Below, piece by piece: positions 1 to 9,958 of a DNA stretch of 32,000 nt. The notes under the pieces are model-generated. The model searched no databases and was not told the DNA's origin. It saw nothing but the letters and a program-made list of their open reading frames with translations. The first letter of the stretch is position 1. Each line of letters opens with the position of its first letter. The translations under genes and the position numbers were made by a program. Source of the DNA: Flavobacteriaceae bacterium. Its GTDB lineage: Bacteria; Bacteroidota; Bacteroidia; Flavobacteriales; Flavobacteriaceae. The DNA lies in the NCBI GenBank assembly GCA_965224465.1, contig OZ245049.1, positions 3,480,001-3,512,000 of the forward strand. Reading direction: 5' to 3'.

Positions 1-977
1 ACAAAAATATTTATGCTGTTTCTTATGAGAATCTTAACTTGAAAGGCCCTGCTGGTTATTTAAAAGGAGCAGATAATAGACCATACTATAACAGATATAG
101 TTCTATCGATAAAACCTATAGAGGTATCTTTTTAGCTTCTAATACTAGTGAAGGATATTCTTGGAACGGTTCATTTACGTTAACCAAACCTATGACAAAT
201 GGTTTTGGAGGTAGCTTGACGTATTCTTACGGTGATTCGTATACTGTATTTGAAGGAACAAGTTCTCAAAATAGCTCTCAATGGAGAAATCAAATTTCTG
301 TAAATGGGAAAAATTCTGCATTGCCAGCTTCTAGGTCTCAGTTCGCACAAGGACATAGAGTAATGGTAAATGGTTCTTACGAATTTAAATGGAATGAAAA
401 CATTAAAACTACTTTTGGTTTGTTTTATCAAGGTGTTAATGGTGCTTCTTTCTCTTATGTTTATAAAGAAGGTAGAGATTTATTAAATGATGATTCAAGA
501 GATAACGCACTTATTTTTGTGCCGAAAAAATCTTCAGATATTAATTTAGTTGATTCTAGTGATCTTACAGCTGCAGAGCAATGGACGGCATTAGATGCTT
601 TTATTAAAGGAGATGATTATTTGAATTCTAGAAGAGGGGAATATGCTGAAATAAATGCTGATAGAGCTCCTTGGAATCACATCGTAGATTTAAAAGTACT
701 GCAAGATTTTTCATTAAATATTGGTGGTAAAAAACACACTTTCGAGGCTTCATTCGATATATTCAATTTCACGAATTTATTGAATAAAAAATGGGGTGTA
801 AGAAAATACGTTGCTAATTATGGAAAAATCGGATTGTTGGAAACTATAAAGGCAGGAGAGAATCCTGAATTTACTTTCAATCCTTCTGTAGTTGAAAATA
901 GATTTGACATTGATGATTCTGGAATACAGAGTTCAAGATGGCAAATGCAAGTTGGGTTAAGATATATTTTTAATTAA
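1..977 (+). CDS. TonB-dependent (Oar-like) outer-membrane receptor, C-terminal part; the 5' end lies upstream of the window
   Basis: The frame is open from the window edge; sense codons K-N-I-Y-A-V-S-Y precede the TTG at 39 used by the ORF track. Beta-strand-like alternating pattern that is Gly/Ser/Tyr/Asn rich. Ends ...WQMQVGLRYIFN with the aromatic C-terminal signature of TonB-dependent barrels. Followed by a strong terminator. Confidence 0.8.
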   Translation, partial: KNIYAVSYENLNLKGPAGYLKGADNRPYYNRYSSIDKTYRGIFLASNTSEGYSWNGSFTLTKPMTNGFGGSLTYSYGDSYTVFEGTSSQNSSQWRNQISVNGKNSALPASRSQFAQGHRVMVNGSYEFKWNENIKTTFGLFYQGVNGASFSYVYKEGRDLLNDDSRDNALIFVPKKSSDINLVDSSDLTAAEQWTALDAFIKGDDYLNSRRGEYAEINADRAPWNHIVDLKVLQDFSLNIGGKKHTFEASFDIFNFTNLLNKKWGVRKYVANYGKIGLLETIKAGENPEFTFNPSVVENRFDIDDSGIQSSRWQMQVGLRYIFN

Positions 978-1004
978 ATAATAGTTGTCCAATTTTAATA
1001 ATAC

Positions 1005-1033
1005 AAAAACCTCCCATCTTGGGAGGTTTTTTT
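1005..1033 (+). terminator. Rho-independent terminator after the receptor gene
   Basis: Stem CCTCCC (1010-1015), loop ATCTT, stem GGGAGG (1021-1026), then T7. Preceded by an A-run. Confidence 0.85.
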
Positions 1034-1087
1034 ATGGAACATATTGTACATTTGTAACCAACAAAATCAAATCAAAAACTACTACAC

Positions 1088-1513
1088 ATGTTACAAATTC
1101 ATTCTTATTGGGCTTATTTAGTGCTCGTGATGATAATCATCGCTTTTGCGAATGCATTAACAGGACTTTTGTCCAAAAGAACCTTTAAAAGTAAGGACTT
1201 AAGGCTTGCTTTATTTGCGCTTATTGTATCGCATATCCAGTTAATCATCGGTCTTGGTTGGTATTTTATGTCTCCTTGGTTCAAGGGGTTAAAGGCAAAT
1301 GGTATGGCTGAAACTATGGGAGATGCTACTGCTCGTATGATGACTGTAGAACATCCATTGATGATGATCCTTGCTATCGTTTTTATTACCATCGGATTTT
1401 CAAAACACAAAAAGAAAACCACCGATACTGCAAAATTTAAAACAATTACGGTATGCTACGGAATCGCATTGTTGCTTATTTTAGCACGTATTCCTTGGGG
1501 ACAATGGTTTTAA
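1088..1513 (+). CDS. Small integral membrane protein (about 4 TM segments), function unknown
   Basis: 141-aa ORF with four hydrophobic stretches separated by short charged loops. ATG start. Followed by a hairpin terminator. No catalytic motif recognised. Confidence 0.6.
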   Translation: MLQIHSYWAYLVLVMIIIAFANALTGLLSKRTFKSKDLRLALFALIVSHIQLIIGLGWYFMSPWFKGLKANGMAETMGDATARMMTVEHPLMMILAIVFITIGFSKHKKKTTDTAKFKTITVCYGIALLLILARIPWGQWF

Positions 1514-1587
1514 ATAGCAAATAGCTTAAAATCAAAAGTAAGGAGGGGAAAAAGAAATTTATTTTTCTCTTTATTCAAAAATAATGT

Positions 1588-1618
1588 AAAAGCACCCTCT
1601 TTCGGGAAGGGTGCTTTA
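1588..1618 (+). terminator. Probable rho-independent terminator
   Basis: Perfect 8-bp stem AGCACCCT (1591-1598) / AGGGTGCT (1608-1615), followed by a short T-rich tail. Confidence 0.55.
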
Positions 1619-1633
1619 TGAATCATCTTTTCT

Positions 1634-2365
1634 ATGAAAATCATAAGAGTCTATATTCTAACATCTATTTATTATTTGTTTTTTGGAGTGGGCTTGTTGT
1701 TTTTTCATCTGCTACAGTGGTTGGGGTACAATTTAGGAGGCTATACATGGCATAAATGGACCGTAGATAGGATGAATTACTATCTGATGTGTTGCCTATA
1801 CCTGTTAGGGACTAAAATCACTTTTGTTCATCGCCATAACTTACCCAAAGATGCTCCGTTAATTTTTGTGTCCAACCATCAAAGTATGTACGATATTTCT
1901 CCCTTGTCATGGTTTTTGCGGAAGCATCATTTAAAATTTGTCTCGAAAAAAGAACTTGGAAAAGGAATTCCTAGCATCTCTTACAACCTCTCTCATGGAG
2001 GATCCGTTCTAATTGATAGAAAAGATCCCAAGCAAGCATTAACATCTTTGGCTAATTTTGGAAAGTTTATTACAAAATATAAATACTCAGCTGTTATTTT
2101 TCCAGAAGGAACGAGATGTATGAATGGGAAGACTAGAAAATTCTCTCCAAACGGTTTAAAAATGCTGATAAAATATGCGCCAGAAGCGTATGTAGTTCCT
2201 GTTTCCATAAATAACTGTTGGAAAATAACACAATATGGAAAATTCCCATTAGGATTAGGTGCTCCTATTTCTTTTGAGATACATCACGCTATTAAAGCCG
2301 ATAGCATGCCTTTTGATGCCTTATTTGCATTGACAGAAAAGAGAGTGAAGGAAGGGGTGAACTAA
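1634..2365 (+). CDS. plsC: 1-acyl-sn-glycerol-3-phosphate (lysophospholipid) acyltransferase family protein
   Basis: N-terminal TM segment. Acyltransferase block I NHQSMYD (HX4D) and block III FPEGTR are both present at the usual spacing. Confidence 0.85.
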   Translation: MKIIRVYILTSIYYLFFGVGLLFFHLLQWLGYNLGGYTWHKWTVDRMNYYLMCCLYLLGTKITFVHRHNLPKDAPLIFVSNHQSMYDISPLSWFLRKHHLKFVSKKELGKGIPSISYNLSHGGSVLIDRKDPKQALTSLANFGKFITKYKYSAVIFPEGTRCMNGKTRKFSPNGLKMLIKYAPEAYVVPVSINNCWKITQYGKFPLGLGAPISFEIHHAIKADSMPFDALFALTEKRVKEGVN

Positions 2366-2523
2366 AATCTAGTTGTTGTTAAATTATTGTTGTGCTTAAA
2401 GCACTATAGCTACTTGTTTTAAGGCAACATAAAAACCTAAAATTTTATTTATCTTAGGCTTTTTAGATGTCTACCCATTTATCTTTGTAAAGCGTATGAT
2501 TAAAATGGAATTGTTTTATGGTT

Positions 2524-3669
2524 TTAAATCAATGCCAATGCTTGTTCTAAATCAGCAATTAAATCTTCTTTATCTTCTATTCCAACACTCAATCTGATCA
2601 AAGAATCTACCACACCTGTTTTTTCACGTTCCTCTTTTGGGATCGATGCATGTGTCATACTCGCTGGATGTCCTGCTAGTGATTCCACACCTCCTAATGA
2701 TTCTGCTAAAGTGAATATTTTAAAGTTTTCGACCAAGGTAAAGGCGTCTTTTATACTGTTTCCTTTGGTTGAAAAAGATAGCATTCCTCCAAAATCACGC
2801 ATTTGTTCTTTGGCAATAGCATGGTTTGGATGGTTTTTAAATCCGGGCCAGAACACGGTTGCTACTTTTGGATGCTTGGCTAAATATTCTGCCACTGCTT
2901 TTCCGTTTTCACAATGGCGTTGCATACGTACATGCAATGTTTTAATACCTCTTAATACAAGAAAACTGTCCATAGGGCCACAAATAGCGCCACAAGAGTT
3001 TTGAATAAAATACAATTTATCTGCCAATTTTTTATCGTTCACAATTAAAGCGCCCATAACTACATCCGAGTGTCCTCCCAAATATTTAGTAGCAGAGTGC
3101 ATTACAATGTCAGCGCCCATATCTAACGGGTTTTGAAGGTAAGGAGTGGCAAAAGTATTGTCTACAACTAGTAGTACATTGTGCTTTTTAGCAATGGTTG
3201 CAGCCGCTTTTATATCAACGATATTTAGCATTGGATTGGTAGGTGTTTCTACCCAGATAATCTTAGTATTTGTATTGATATAGGATTCGATATTGTGAGC
3301 ATTTTGCATCCCTATAAAATGAAATTTGATACCGTATTGTTCAAATATCTTTGTAAAAATACGGTATGTTCCACCGTATAAATCATTGGTAGAGACTACT
3401 TCATCTCCTGGTTTTAATAGTTTTAACACGCAGTCTATGGCTGCTAATCCAGATCCGAATGCCAATCCATAATTTCCGTTTTCGATGCTTGAAAAAGCAT
3501 TCTCTAATGCTGTCCGTGTTGGGTTTCCTGATCTAGAATATTCATATCCTTTGTGGTTTCCAGGGGATGTTTGTGCATAGGTAGATGTCTGGTATATAGG
3601 AGGCATAACAGCTCCAGTAGATGGATCGTACTGTTGTTTGCCATGTATTGTTTTTGTATTGAATTTCAT
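2524..3669 (-). CDS. Cys/Met-metabolism PLP-dependent enzyme (cystathionine beta-lyase / gamma-synthase / gamma-lyase family)
   Basis: 381 aa. N-terminal TIHG...DP.TGAV..PIY.TSTY, YSRSGNPTR, and the PLP-lysine motif SATKYLGGHSD are all hallmarks of the family. The exact reaction cannot be assigned from sequence alone. Confidence 0.9.
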   Translation of the reverse strand: MKFNTKTIHGKQQYDPSTGAVMPPIYQTSTYAQTSPGNHKGYEYSRSGNPTRTALENAFSSIENGNYGLAFGSGLAAIDCVLKLLKPGDEVVSTNDLYGGTYRIFTKIFEQYGIKFHFIGMQNAHNIESYINTNTKIIWVETPTNPMLNIVDIKAAATIAKKHNVLLVVDNTFATPYLQNPLDMGADIVMHSATKYLGGHSDVVMGALIVNDKKLADKLYFIQNSCGAICGPMDSFLVLRGIKTLHVRMQRHCENGKAVAEYLAKHPKVATVFWPGFKNHPNHAIAKEQMRDFGGMLSFSTKGNSIKDAFTLVENFKIFTLAESLGGVESLAGHPASMTHASIPKEEREKTGVVDSLIRLSVGIEDKEDLIADLEQALALI

Positions 3670-3704
3670 CGTATTGGTTTTTAGCTTTTAAGCCTGTAAA
3701 ACAG

Positions 3705-4943
3705 TTATTTTTTTTGCAATCTTTTAATTAGTTTACCTACGGTTAATCCCTGTCCAATAATAGAGAATACAACGATTATATAGGTGATAACTAAAAATAA
3801 ATCACGGTGCATTACCGTAGTTAAGCTTAAAGCAAGAGCAATAGAGATCCCTCCTCTAAGTCCACCCCAAGTCATAATTAAATTGGTATTTGGGACGAAA
3901 TCTAATTTTTTAGCAAATATTTTGATAGGAATCATCAAGGATAAATAGCGCGCAAATAAGAGCATCGGAATGCATAGAACACCTGCTAATATATAATGAT
4001 GATCGTAGGTTAGGACTAGGATTTCCATTCCGATCATTACAAATAAGATGGTATTGAGAAGAATGTCTAATAATTCCCAAAACTTATCTACATATTGTTC
4101 GGTGATTTTACTCATGGATGAATTCCGGACGGTATCGGTTCCCACAATTAAACCTGCCGTAACCATGGCAAGCGGAGCAGAAACGTGTAGTTTTTGTGCA
4201 AGTACAGTTCCTCCCATTACCGTAGCAAGGGTTATAATTACCTCTACATCGTAATCGTTGATAGATTTTAAAAGCTTGTATGTTACCCAGCCCAATAAAA
4301 AACCGAGGACAATTCCTCCAATTACTTCTACGACAAATAGTTCTGTTATTTCTAAAAATGTAATGTCAGTTCCTCCTGCGGCAATTTTGTAGATGGTTAA
4401 AAATATGACAACCCCTACGCCATCATTAAAAAGAGATTCTCCAACAATTTTTGTTTCTAGTTTTTTAGGAGCACCTGCTTGTTTTAAAATTCCTAATACG
4501 GCTATAGGGTCTGTAGGTGATATTAAAGCTCCAAAGAGCAAGCAATAGATAAAGTCAACTTCCAGTCCAATAGCATTTAATAAGAGGTAGCTAAAGCCTC
4601 CTACCAGAAAAGTAGACGTAAAGGTGCTAAATATAGCGAAACTTATAATAGGTTTTCGCTGTACTTTTAATTGTTCAAAATTGGTATGTAAGGCTCCTGC
4701 AAATAAAAGGAAACTAAGCATTACATCTAATAATACCGTTTTAAAATCGATGGTGGCTATTAAAAGTTTTTCATGTTCTAAAAGAGTGTCGTCAATATAA
4801 CTTGATGCTAATATAATCAGTGTAAATACGATTGTAATAACCATAAGTCCAATGGTATTTGGCATTTTTAAGAAACGAACATTTATATATCCAAACAATG
4901 CAGATAAGACAATGAGTACCGAAGCTATTAAAAATAATTCCAT
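3705..4943 (-). CDS. Cation:proton antiporter, CPA1 (NhaP-like Na+/H+ exchanger)
   Basis: 412 aa, 10 or more TM segments. Conserved ISPTDPIAV and ESLFNDG motifs typical of the Na+/H+ exchanger family. Confidence 0.85.
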   Translation of the reverse strand: MELFLIASVLIVLSALFGYINVRFLKMPNTIGLMVITIVFTLIILASSYIDDTLLEHEKLLIATIDFKTVLLDVMLSFLLFAGALHTNFEQLKVQRKPIISFAIFSTFTSTFLVGGFSYLLLNAIGLEVDFIYCLLFGALISPTDPIAVLGILKQAGAPKKLETKIVGESLFNDGVGVVIFLTIYKIAAGGTDITFLEITELFVVEVIGGIVLGFLLGWVTYKLLKSINDYDVEVIITLATVMGGTVLAQKLHVSAPLAMVTAGLIVGTDTVRNSSMSKITEQYVDKFWELLDILLNTILFVMIGMEILVLTYDHHYILAGVLCIPMLLFARYLSLMIPIKIFAKKLDFVPNTNLIMTWGGLRGGISIALALSLTTVMHRDLFLVITYIIVVFSIIGQGLTVGKLIKRLQKK

Positions 4944-4944
4944 C

Positions 4945-5400
4945 TTAAACGAGTTTTTTAATTGCCATTATAATACCCAAATGTATGCCTTCGTGGTAAT
5001 TAGAAAATTGAATTGCTTTTTCTACGTTTGTCAATTCAAAACCTAAACTAGTGGTATACGTATTATAGGTTTTAAATATCCCGGCAGCATAGTCCGATTC
5101 CATTTTCTCTGTAAGAGGTAATAATTCGGCAAGTAGAGATTTCATATCTTCTGTGGTCATCTCCGTATTGGCAGTAGAGCCTTTTCCGTAATTTGCAATA
5201 GTTTGATCCGAAATTAAACAAGGAAGCCCAGATAGTTTGTACACCAATAATTGTTGCGTAACGATGGTATGTCCAATGTTCCAAGCAATGTTATTATTAA
5301 ACCCTTGTGGAATGGTGTTTAATTGTTCTTGATTTAATCCTTCTGCTATTGCAAGGATACACTTTCTGTTGAATTTTGTAACGTTGAATTGTGTGTTCAT
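4945..5400 (-). CDS. DinB-family (DinB_2-like) four-helix-bundle protein
   Basis: 151 aa. The pattern NIAWNIGH...(helix)...H near the C-terminus (YHEGIHLG) fits the DinB His-triad layout. Starts 1 nt after the stop of the next gene, so probably co-transcribed with the antiporter. Confidence 0.65.
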   Translation of the reverse strand: MNTQFNVTKFNRKCILAIAEGLNQEQLNTIPQGFNNNIAWNIGHTIVTQQLLVYKLSGLPCLISDQTIANYGKGSTANTEMTTEDMKSLLAELLPLTEKMESDYAAGIFKTYNTYTTSLGFELTNVEKAIQFSNYHEGIHLGIIMAIKKLV

Positions 5401-5562
5401 CTGAATATAGTATGTTTTAGCTTTTCAATTTTTGTTAAAAGTATTCATTTTTTATGGAATGTGTTTAAGGATAGCGGGATTCTCTAGTTCCTATCGGAGA
5501 TCTTCTCTAAAGAGCACTTGTTTTTGTATATTTGAAAGATAAACTACGAACTATTTATAAAT

Positions 5563-5874
5563 ATGAAGAAAATATACCATTTAATAACCTGTGATAAGTG
5601 TCGGAAAATTTTAAAGGAAATGGATACGACCGATTATGAGCTCCAAGAAATAAAATCTACGCCTATTACGGCTACACAATTAGATGCTTTATTTGAGCGA
5701 ACACAGTCCTATGAAATGCTTTTTAGTAGAAGAGCAAAAAAATACACAGAAATGGGTTTAAAAAATAAAAAGTTGACAGAAACTGACTTTCGTCAGCTTA
5801 TATTAGAAGAATACACCTTTCTAAAGAGACCTATTATACTATGTAACCATAAAGTCACGATAGGAAAAAAATAA
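5563..5874 (+). CDS. ArsC/Spx/YffB-family thioredoxin-fold protein
   Basis: 103 aa. N-terminal MKKIYHL.TCDKCRK (beta1-Cys-helix signature of the ArsC family) and C-terminal FLKRPII motif. Confidence 0.75.
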   Translation: MKKIYHLITCDKCRKILKEMDTTDYELQEIKSTPITATQLDALFERTQSYEMLFSRRAKKYTEMGLKNKKLTETDFRQLILEEYTFLKRPIILCNHKVTIGKK

Positions 5875-6018
5875 AGTTTTAAGAGTTTCTGTCTTATATT
5901 GTTAGTTACGAGCGTGTATAGTTGTCAGATTCATATATTTTTCAATTTTTTATAAAAAATACCGTATAGTCACACATAACATCTATATTTGTTTTGAACA
6001 TTAACAAAATATTAGAAG

Positions 6019-6918
6019 ATGAAAAAATTATTATTTGTAGTAGCAGTATTTGCTATGACTAGTGTAAGTGCGCAGTTTTATGTATCGGGTAGTGTAGGGT
6101 ATGCTATAGGTAGTGCTGGCGTAAAAATGGGAGAAATAGAAACAGATACTTCTATAGAAGCTACCTATGGAAGTTATGGAGAGGGTATGAATTCACAGTT
6201 GCGAGTTGGTTATTTTTTTAACGATACTTTTGGTGTGGATTTGGGAGTTGGTTATCTTCATGGAGCAGATCAGACCCTAAAGGATTTTAATAGACCTTCT
6301 ACGGGGCAAACATTGAAAATAATTGGTAGAGGAAGAGCTTTCGGAATTATGCCATCATTGGTGTATAAGTTTTCTGATCATATTTATGGAAGAGTTGGAG
6401 CATTGATAAAAATTGGTGGAAAAACGGAAGTTAAAGGTTCTGCGTCTGCTTTTTTACCTAATGGAACTTTACCGAGTGTACCAGCGGATGCATTATTGAA
6501 AGTTGATTTTACAAGAGATTTTCATGGTCAATTACCTTTAGGAGCTACAGCTGCTTTTGGTTATAAACGTTCGATAGGTCAGAATTTAGAGGTTTTTGTT
6601 GAAGCTGAATATATGGGAATTAGCGTACGTAGAAAAGATGCAGAGTTGTCTCAGTTTTCAGGAACTCTGACTGTTGCGGGTAAAACATCAGAAATTTCAA
6701 GAGATGGTTTGTTACAAACTATTGCTAGTTCTCCAGCATTATCAGCTAATCCTAATATTCAGACGTTAGCAATTTTAATTTCAGATAAAACAAATTATGT
6801 AGATTCAAAAGGTAATTCTCCAAGTGCAACTGAGTTTCTTGCTGATACCGTTCCATACTCATCATTTGGAATTAACTTTGGGATCACTTATACTTTTGGA
6901 AAGAGTTCAAAAAAATAA
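6019..6918 (+). CDS. Outer-membrane beta-barrel (porin-like) protein with signal peptide
   Basis: Signal peptide MKKLLFVVAVFAMTSVSAQ. Gly/Tyr/Phe-rich alternating strands. Ends GINFGITYTFGK. Confidence 0.6.
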   Translation: MKKLLFVVAVFAMTSVSAQFYVSGSVGYAIGSAGVKMGEIETDTSIEATYGSYGEGMNSQLRVGYFFNDTFGVDLGVGYLHGADQTLKDFNRPSTGQTLKIIGRGRAFGIMPSLVYKFSDHIYGRVGALIKIGGKTEVKGSASAFLPNGTLPSVPADALLKVDFTRDFHGQLPLGATAAFGYKRSIGQNLEVFVEAEYMGISVRRKDAELSQFSGTLTVAGKTSEISRDGLLQTIASSPALSANPNIQTLAILISDKTNYVDSKGNSPSATEFLADTVPYSSFGINFGITYTFGKSSKK

Positions 6919-6937
6919 AAATAGTATTTCAAACATA

Positions 6938-6967
6938 AAAAAGCGATTCTTAGGGGTCGCTTTTTTT
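6938..6967 (+). terminator. Probable rho-independent terminator
   Basis: AAAAGCGA-ttcttagggg-TCGCTTTTTTT: a short GC stem extended by A/T pairs, then a T-run. Confidence 0.6.
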
Positions 6968-7135
6968 ATATATATAAACTATTGAGTGTAAATATTTTAG
7001 CTGTTTATTTATGGATGTTACCGGACTAACGTCTTGTGTAAATGGTATAAAAAACAATATAAACAGTTCTAATAATTGAATATTTTGTGCTATATTAGAG
7101 TTTTAATAAGTGTATAACATTGAAAACCCCACGAT

Positions 7136-7639
7136 ATGTCCCTACAATCCCCACAAAAAGTTTTGGCAGTAATTATGTTAGTAGTAGCTACATTTTCTTG
7201 TAGTAACGATTTAGAAATAGTAGAAGAAATGGAACGCGTAGATGATGTGCCTTATGCGTATAGTGTTTTGGAACAAGAAATATCATTGCTTATAAATACG
7301 CATAGAGAACAGTTAGGTCTGTCTACTCTTAAAATGCTGAACGAATCTAGTCTACAATCTAGAAATCAATCTAAACACATGCTAGAGCACACACATATAT
7401 GTCATGATGATTTTTCTGATAGATATGATTATTTAGTAGCTACAGTAAATGCAATCAGAGTTGGTGAAAATACCGCATTTGGATATGAGTCCGCATCGGC
7501 TGTTGTAAATAGTTGGTTGAAAAGTTACACGCATAAAAATATCATCGAAGACCCTATGTTTACTCATTTTGGAATCTCTGTTTCAAATGGAGGTCCACGA
7601 AATAATTATTTTTGTCAAATATTTGTTCGTATACCATAA
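7136..7639 (+). CDS. CAP/SCP/PR1-like domain lipoprotein
   Basis: Lipobox-like VATFSC. CAP-domain blocks (HR.Q.GL..L, ...H...M, GEN.AFGY, S....V..W..S..H..N...P.F.H.G.S) appear in the expected order. Confidence 0.7.
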   Translation: MSLQSPQKVLAVIMLVVATFSCSNDLEIVEEMERVDDVPYAYSVLEQEISLLINTHREQLGLSTLKMLNESSLQSRNQSKHMLEHTHICHDDFSDRYDYLVATVNAIRVGENTAFGYESASAVVNSWLKSYTHKNIIEDPMFTHFGISVSNGGPRNNYFCQIFVRIP

Positions 7640-7749
7640 CTAAGGTCACTTAAAAATCTAGATAATTAAGTACCGTATCTTTACATAGTAAGTTTTGTTT
7701 TTGTACAAAAAATCAATATTTTTTTGAAAGCAGTTTTTAAAATTAATTT

Positions 7750-7787
7750 CCAAATGACTATTTATATCGGTCATTTGGATTTTTTTT
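7750..7787 (+). terminator. Perfect 9-bp hairpin plus T8. Terminator-like, and built from the terminal motif of the dispersed repeat family seen at 15.8, 20.2, 24.9 and 26.0 kb
   Basis: CCAAATGAC (7750-7758), 11-nt loop, GTCATTTGG (7770-7778), then ATTTTTTTT. Positions 7759-7778 are the reverse complement of the CCAAA(A)TGACCGATATAAATA head of the dispersed repeat. Confidence 0.5.
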
Positions 7788-7937
7788 GCTGTGACTTATA
7801 CCGAATGTATGAAAGCTCTTTATCCGTAAAATGGCTTTTTTTTAGGGTTTTCTATTTTGCTAATAGGTAAAATATACGTAGTTTTATATATTGTTTAACC
7901 TCGTGTTTATTTTTTATACGTTCAAATACAATATATT

Positions 7938-9857
7938 ATGAGTGTGTTCCCTGACATTCCAAAAACTTTATCTACAGAAAATTCTATTTTAAATAAATTA
8001 AATATCATTGTGATGTCTTTTGATTGTAATGGGCAGGTCTATTACGCATCAGAAGGGATTACACCCATTACCGGCTATACAAGCACCTCAGTTTTAGGAG
8101 AGGGATGGTGGCAGCTTTCTTTTGATACTCCTCTTTTAGGGCAGCAGCAAAAAAATGTTGTAATAGATATTTTGAAAGGATTAATACCTTATCCAACGGT
8201 ACCTATAGATCGTAAGATTCTATGCAAAGATGGATCTCATAAATGGATCGAGTGGAGGTTGTCTCGTGGAGAAGAAAATACCGTGCTTGTATCGGGTGTT
8301 GATATTACAGACTGGAAAAGAAAAGAAGAAGAGGTAGTTCAAGCGGATAAAATATTGAATAGCATAGACTCCTTGGTGTTGGTAAGTGATGAAAATAGCA
8401 GTATTTTATATGCTTCCTCTTCCGTCGAACGTATGTTAGGTTTTAGCAAAGAAGAGGTTTTAGGTACGGGTTGGTGGGAAAACACTTTCGATAGCAGGCA
8501 TGAAGCTAGTGTAGAAAAAAAAGAGATTCAAAACGTTGTGCTTTTGAACAAGCAGTTTTCTCGCGATGTTTCTAGAAGAAGAATTAAAACAAAATCAGGC
8601 AGCTATAAATGGATTGATTGGTTTGTTTCTAAAGGGATAAATAATACCTGTATTTCTGTAGGTACAGATGTTTCACGAAAAATCGCGTCTGATCTTGCCT
8701 TAAAATTAGCCAAGGAACAAGCAGAAAAATCCGTACTTGTTAAAAATGAGTTTATAGCAAATATGAGTCATGAAATTAGGACTCCTTTAAACGCATTATT
8801 AGGGTTTACAGCATTATTACTAGAAACTAAATTGGATAGCGAACAGCGAGAACACCTTGGAACTATGCGTGATTCGGGGGCTATTTTATTGTCTTTGATA
8901 AACAATGTTTTGGATTTATCTAAACTTGATTCTAAAAATATAGACCTAGAAAAAATAGTGTTTAATCTTCATAACGCACTTTGTGATGTGGTAAAAATAA
9001 TGAAGGTAAGAGCTTTGAAGAAAAATATCGCACTGGAAATCGAAATAGCTAAAGATGTACCGGAGTTTATTAAAAGTGATTCTTCTCGTTTTGATCAAAT
9101 TATGCTGAACCTTATTGGGAATGCTATTAAATTTACAGATAAAGGAGCGGTAAATATAAAGGTGAAAACAGAAAATAGAAGGGAGGATAGATGCTGCCTT
9201 ATAATTGAAGTACAGGATACCGGGCTTGGGATTATGTCTAGTAAGTTAGACCAAGTTTTTGACGTGTTTACGCAAGCTACGAGCGAAACTGCACGTATAT
9301 ATGGAGGGACTGGACTAGGATTGTCTATTGTAAAAAAACTAGTGCATCTGCTAGCAGGTGATATTAGAGTAGAAAGCGAGTATGGAAAAGGAAGTGTTTT
9401 TATTGTCGAAATCCCAATAGAGGCGGTACATGTTAAAAATAAACGACTTGACAAGGAGCTTGTTTTAACGGAGGATAAAAAAATTCATATCAATATTTTG
9501 TTGGTGGAAGACAATAAAGCCAATCAACTTCTTGCCAGTACACGGTTAAGAAGATGGGGGTGTATAGTAGCTATAGCTAATAACGGGATAGAAGCCGTAA
9601 AATTGGTAGAGAAAAACAAGCCTTATGATGTGATTTTAATGGATATTCAAATGCCAATTATGGATGGTTATGAAGCTACAAAAATTATTAAGAACGATCT
9701 GAAAGGGGCTCGCAAAGAAATACCTATTATTGCCATGACGGCGTATGCCTCCAAAACAGATATTAAGAAAGCGTTAAAAGCAGGTATGTGCGACTATGTA
9801 TTCAAACCATTTGATGCAGAGATGCTCTATAAAAAATTAATCGAATATACCTTGTAA
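7938..9857 (+). CDS. Hybrid sensor histidine kinase / response regulator with two PAS-like domains
   Basis: Two PAS-like repeats (GEGWWQLSFD / GTGWWENTFD). H-box NMSHEIRTPLNALLGF. N-box GNAIKFT. G-boxes DTGLGI and GGTGLGLSIVKKL. C-terminal receiver domain (LLVEDN ... DVILMDIQMPIMDG ... K in FKPF). Confidence 0.92.
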   Translation: MSVFPDIPKTLSTENSILNKLNIIVMSFDCNGQVYYASEGITPITGYTSTSVLGEGWWQLSFDTPLLGQQQKNVVIDILKGLIPYPTVPIDRKILCKDGSHKWIEWRLSRGEENTVLVSGVDITDWKRKEEEVVQADKILNSIDSLVLVSDENSSILYASSSVERMLGFSKEEVLGTGWWENTFDSRHEASVEKKEIQNVVLLNKQFSRDVSRRRIKTKSGSYKWIDWFVSKGINNTCISVGTDVSRKIASDLALKLAKEQAEKSVLVKNEFIANMSHEIRTPLNALLGFTALLLETKLDSEQREHLGTMRDSGAILLSLINNVLDLSKLDSKNIDLEKIVFNLHNALCDVVKIMKVRALKKNIALEIEIAKDVPEFIKSDSSRFDQIMLNLIGNAIKFTDKGAVNIKVKTENRREDRCCLIIEVQDTGLGIMSSKLDQVFDVFTQATSETARIYGGTGLGLSIVKKLVHLLAGDIRVESEYGKGSVFIVEIPIEAVHVKNKRLDKELVLTEDKKIHINILLVEDNKANQLLASTRLRRWGCIVAIANNGIEAVKLVEKNKPYDVILMDIQMPIMDGYEATKIIKNDLKGARKEIPIIAMTAYASKTDIKKALKAGMCDYVFKPFDAEMLYKKLIEYTL

Positions 9858-9958
9858 AAAACAGTTTCAGTTTGTTTGTGATTATTTATAACGCATAAGT
9901 CTTATTTTTTTGTAGCCATCTAAAAGATATATTTTATATTCGCTGAAATTGAATCTTT

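Noticed and set aside
985-1188. 67-aa ORF spanning the receptor terminator and the start of the membrane-protein gene
   Set aside because: It runs through the CCTCCC/GGGAGG terminator hairpin and overlaps the better-supported 1088-1513 ORF in a different frame.
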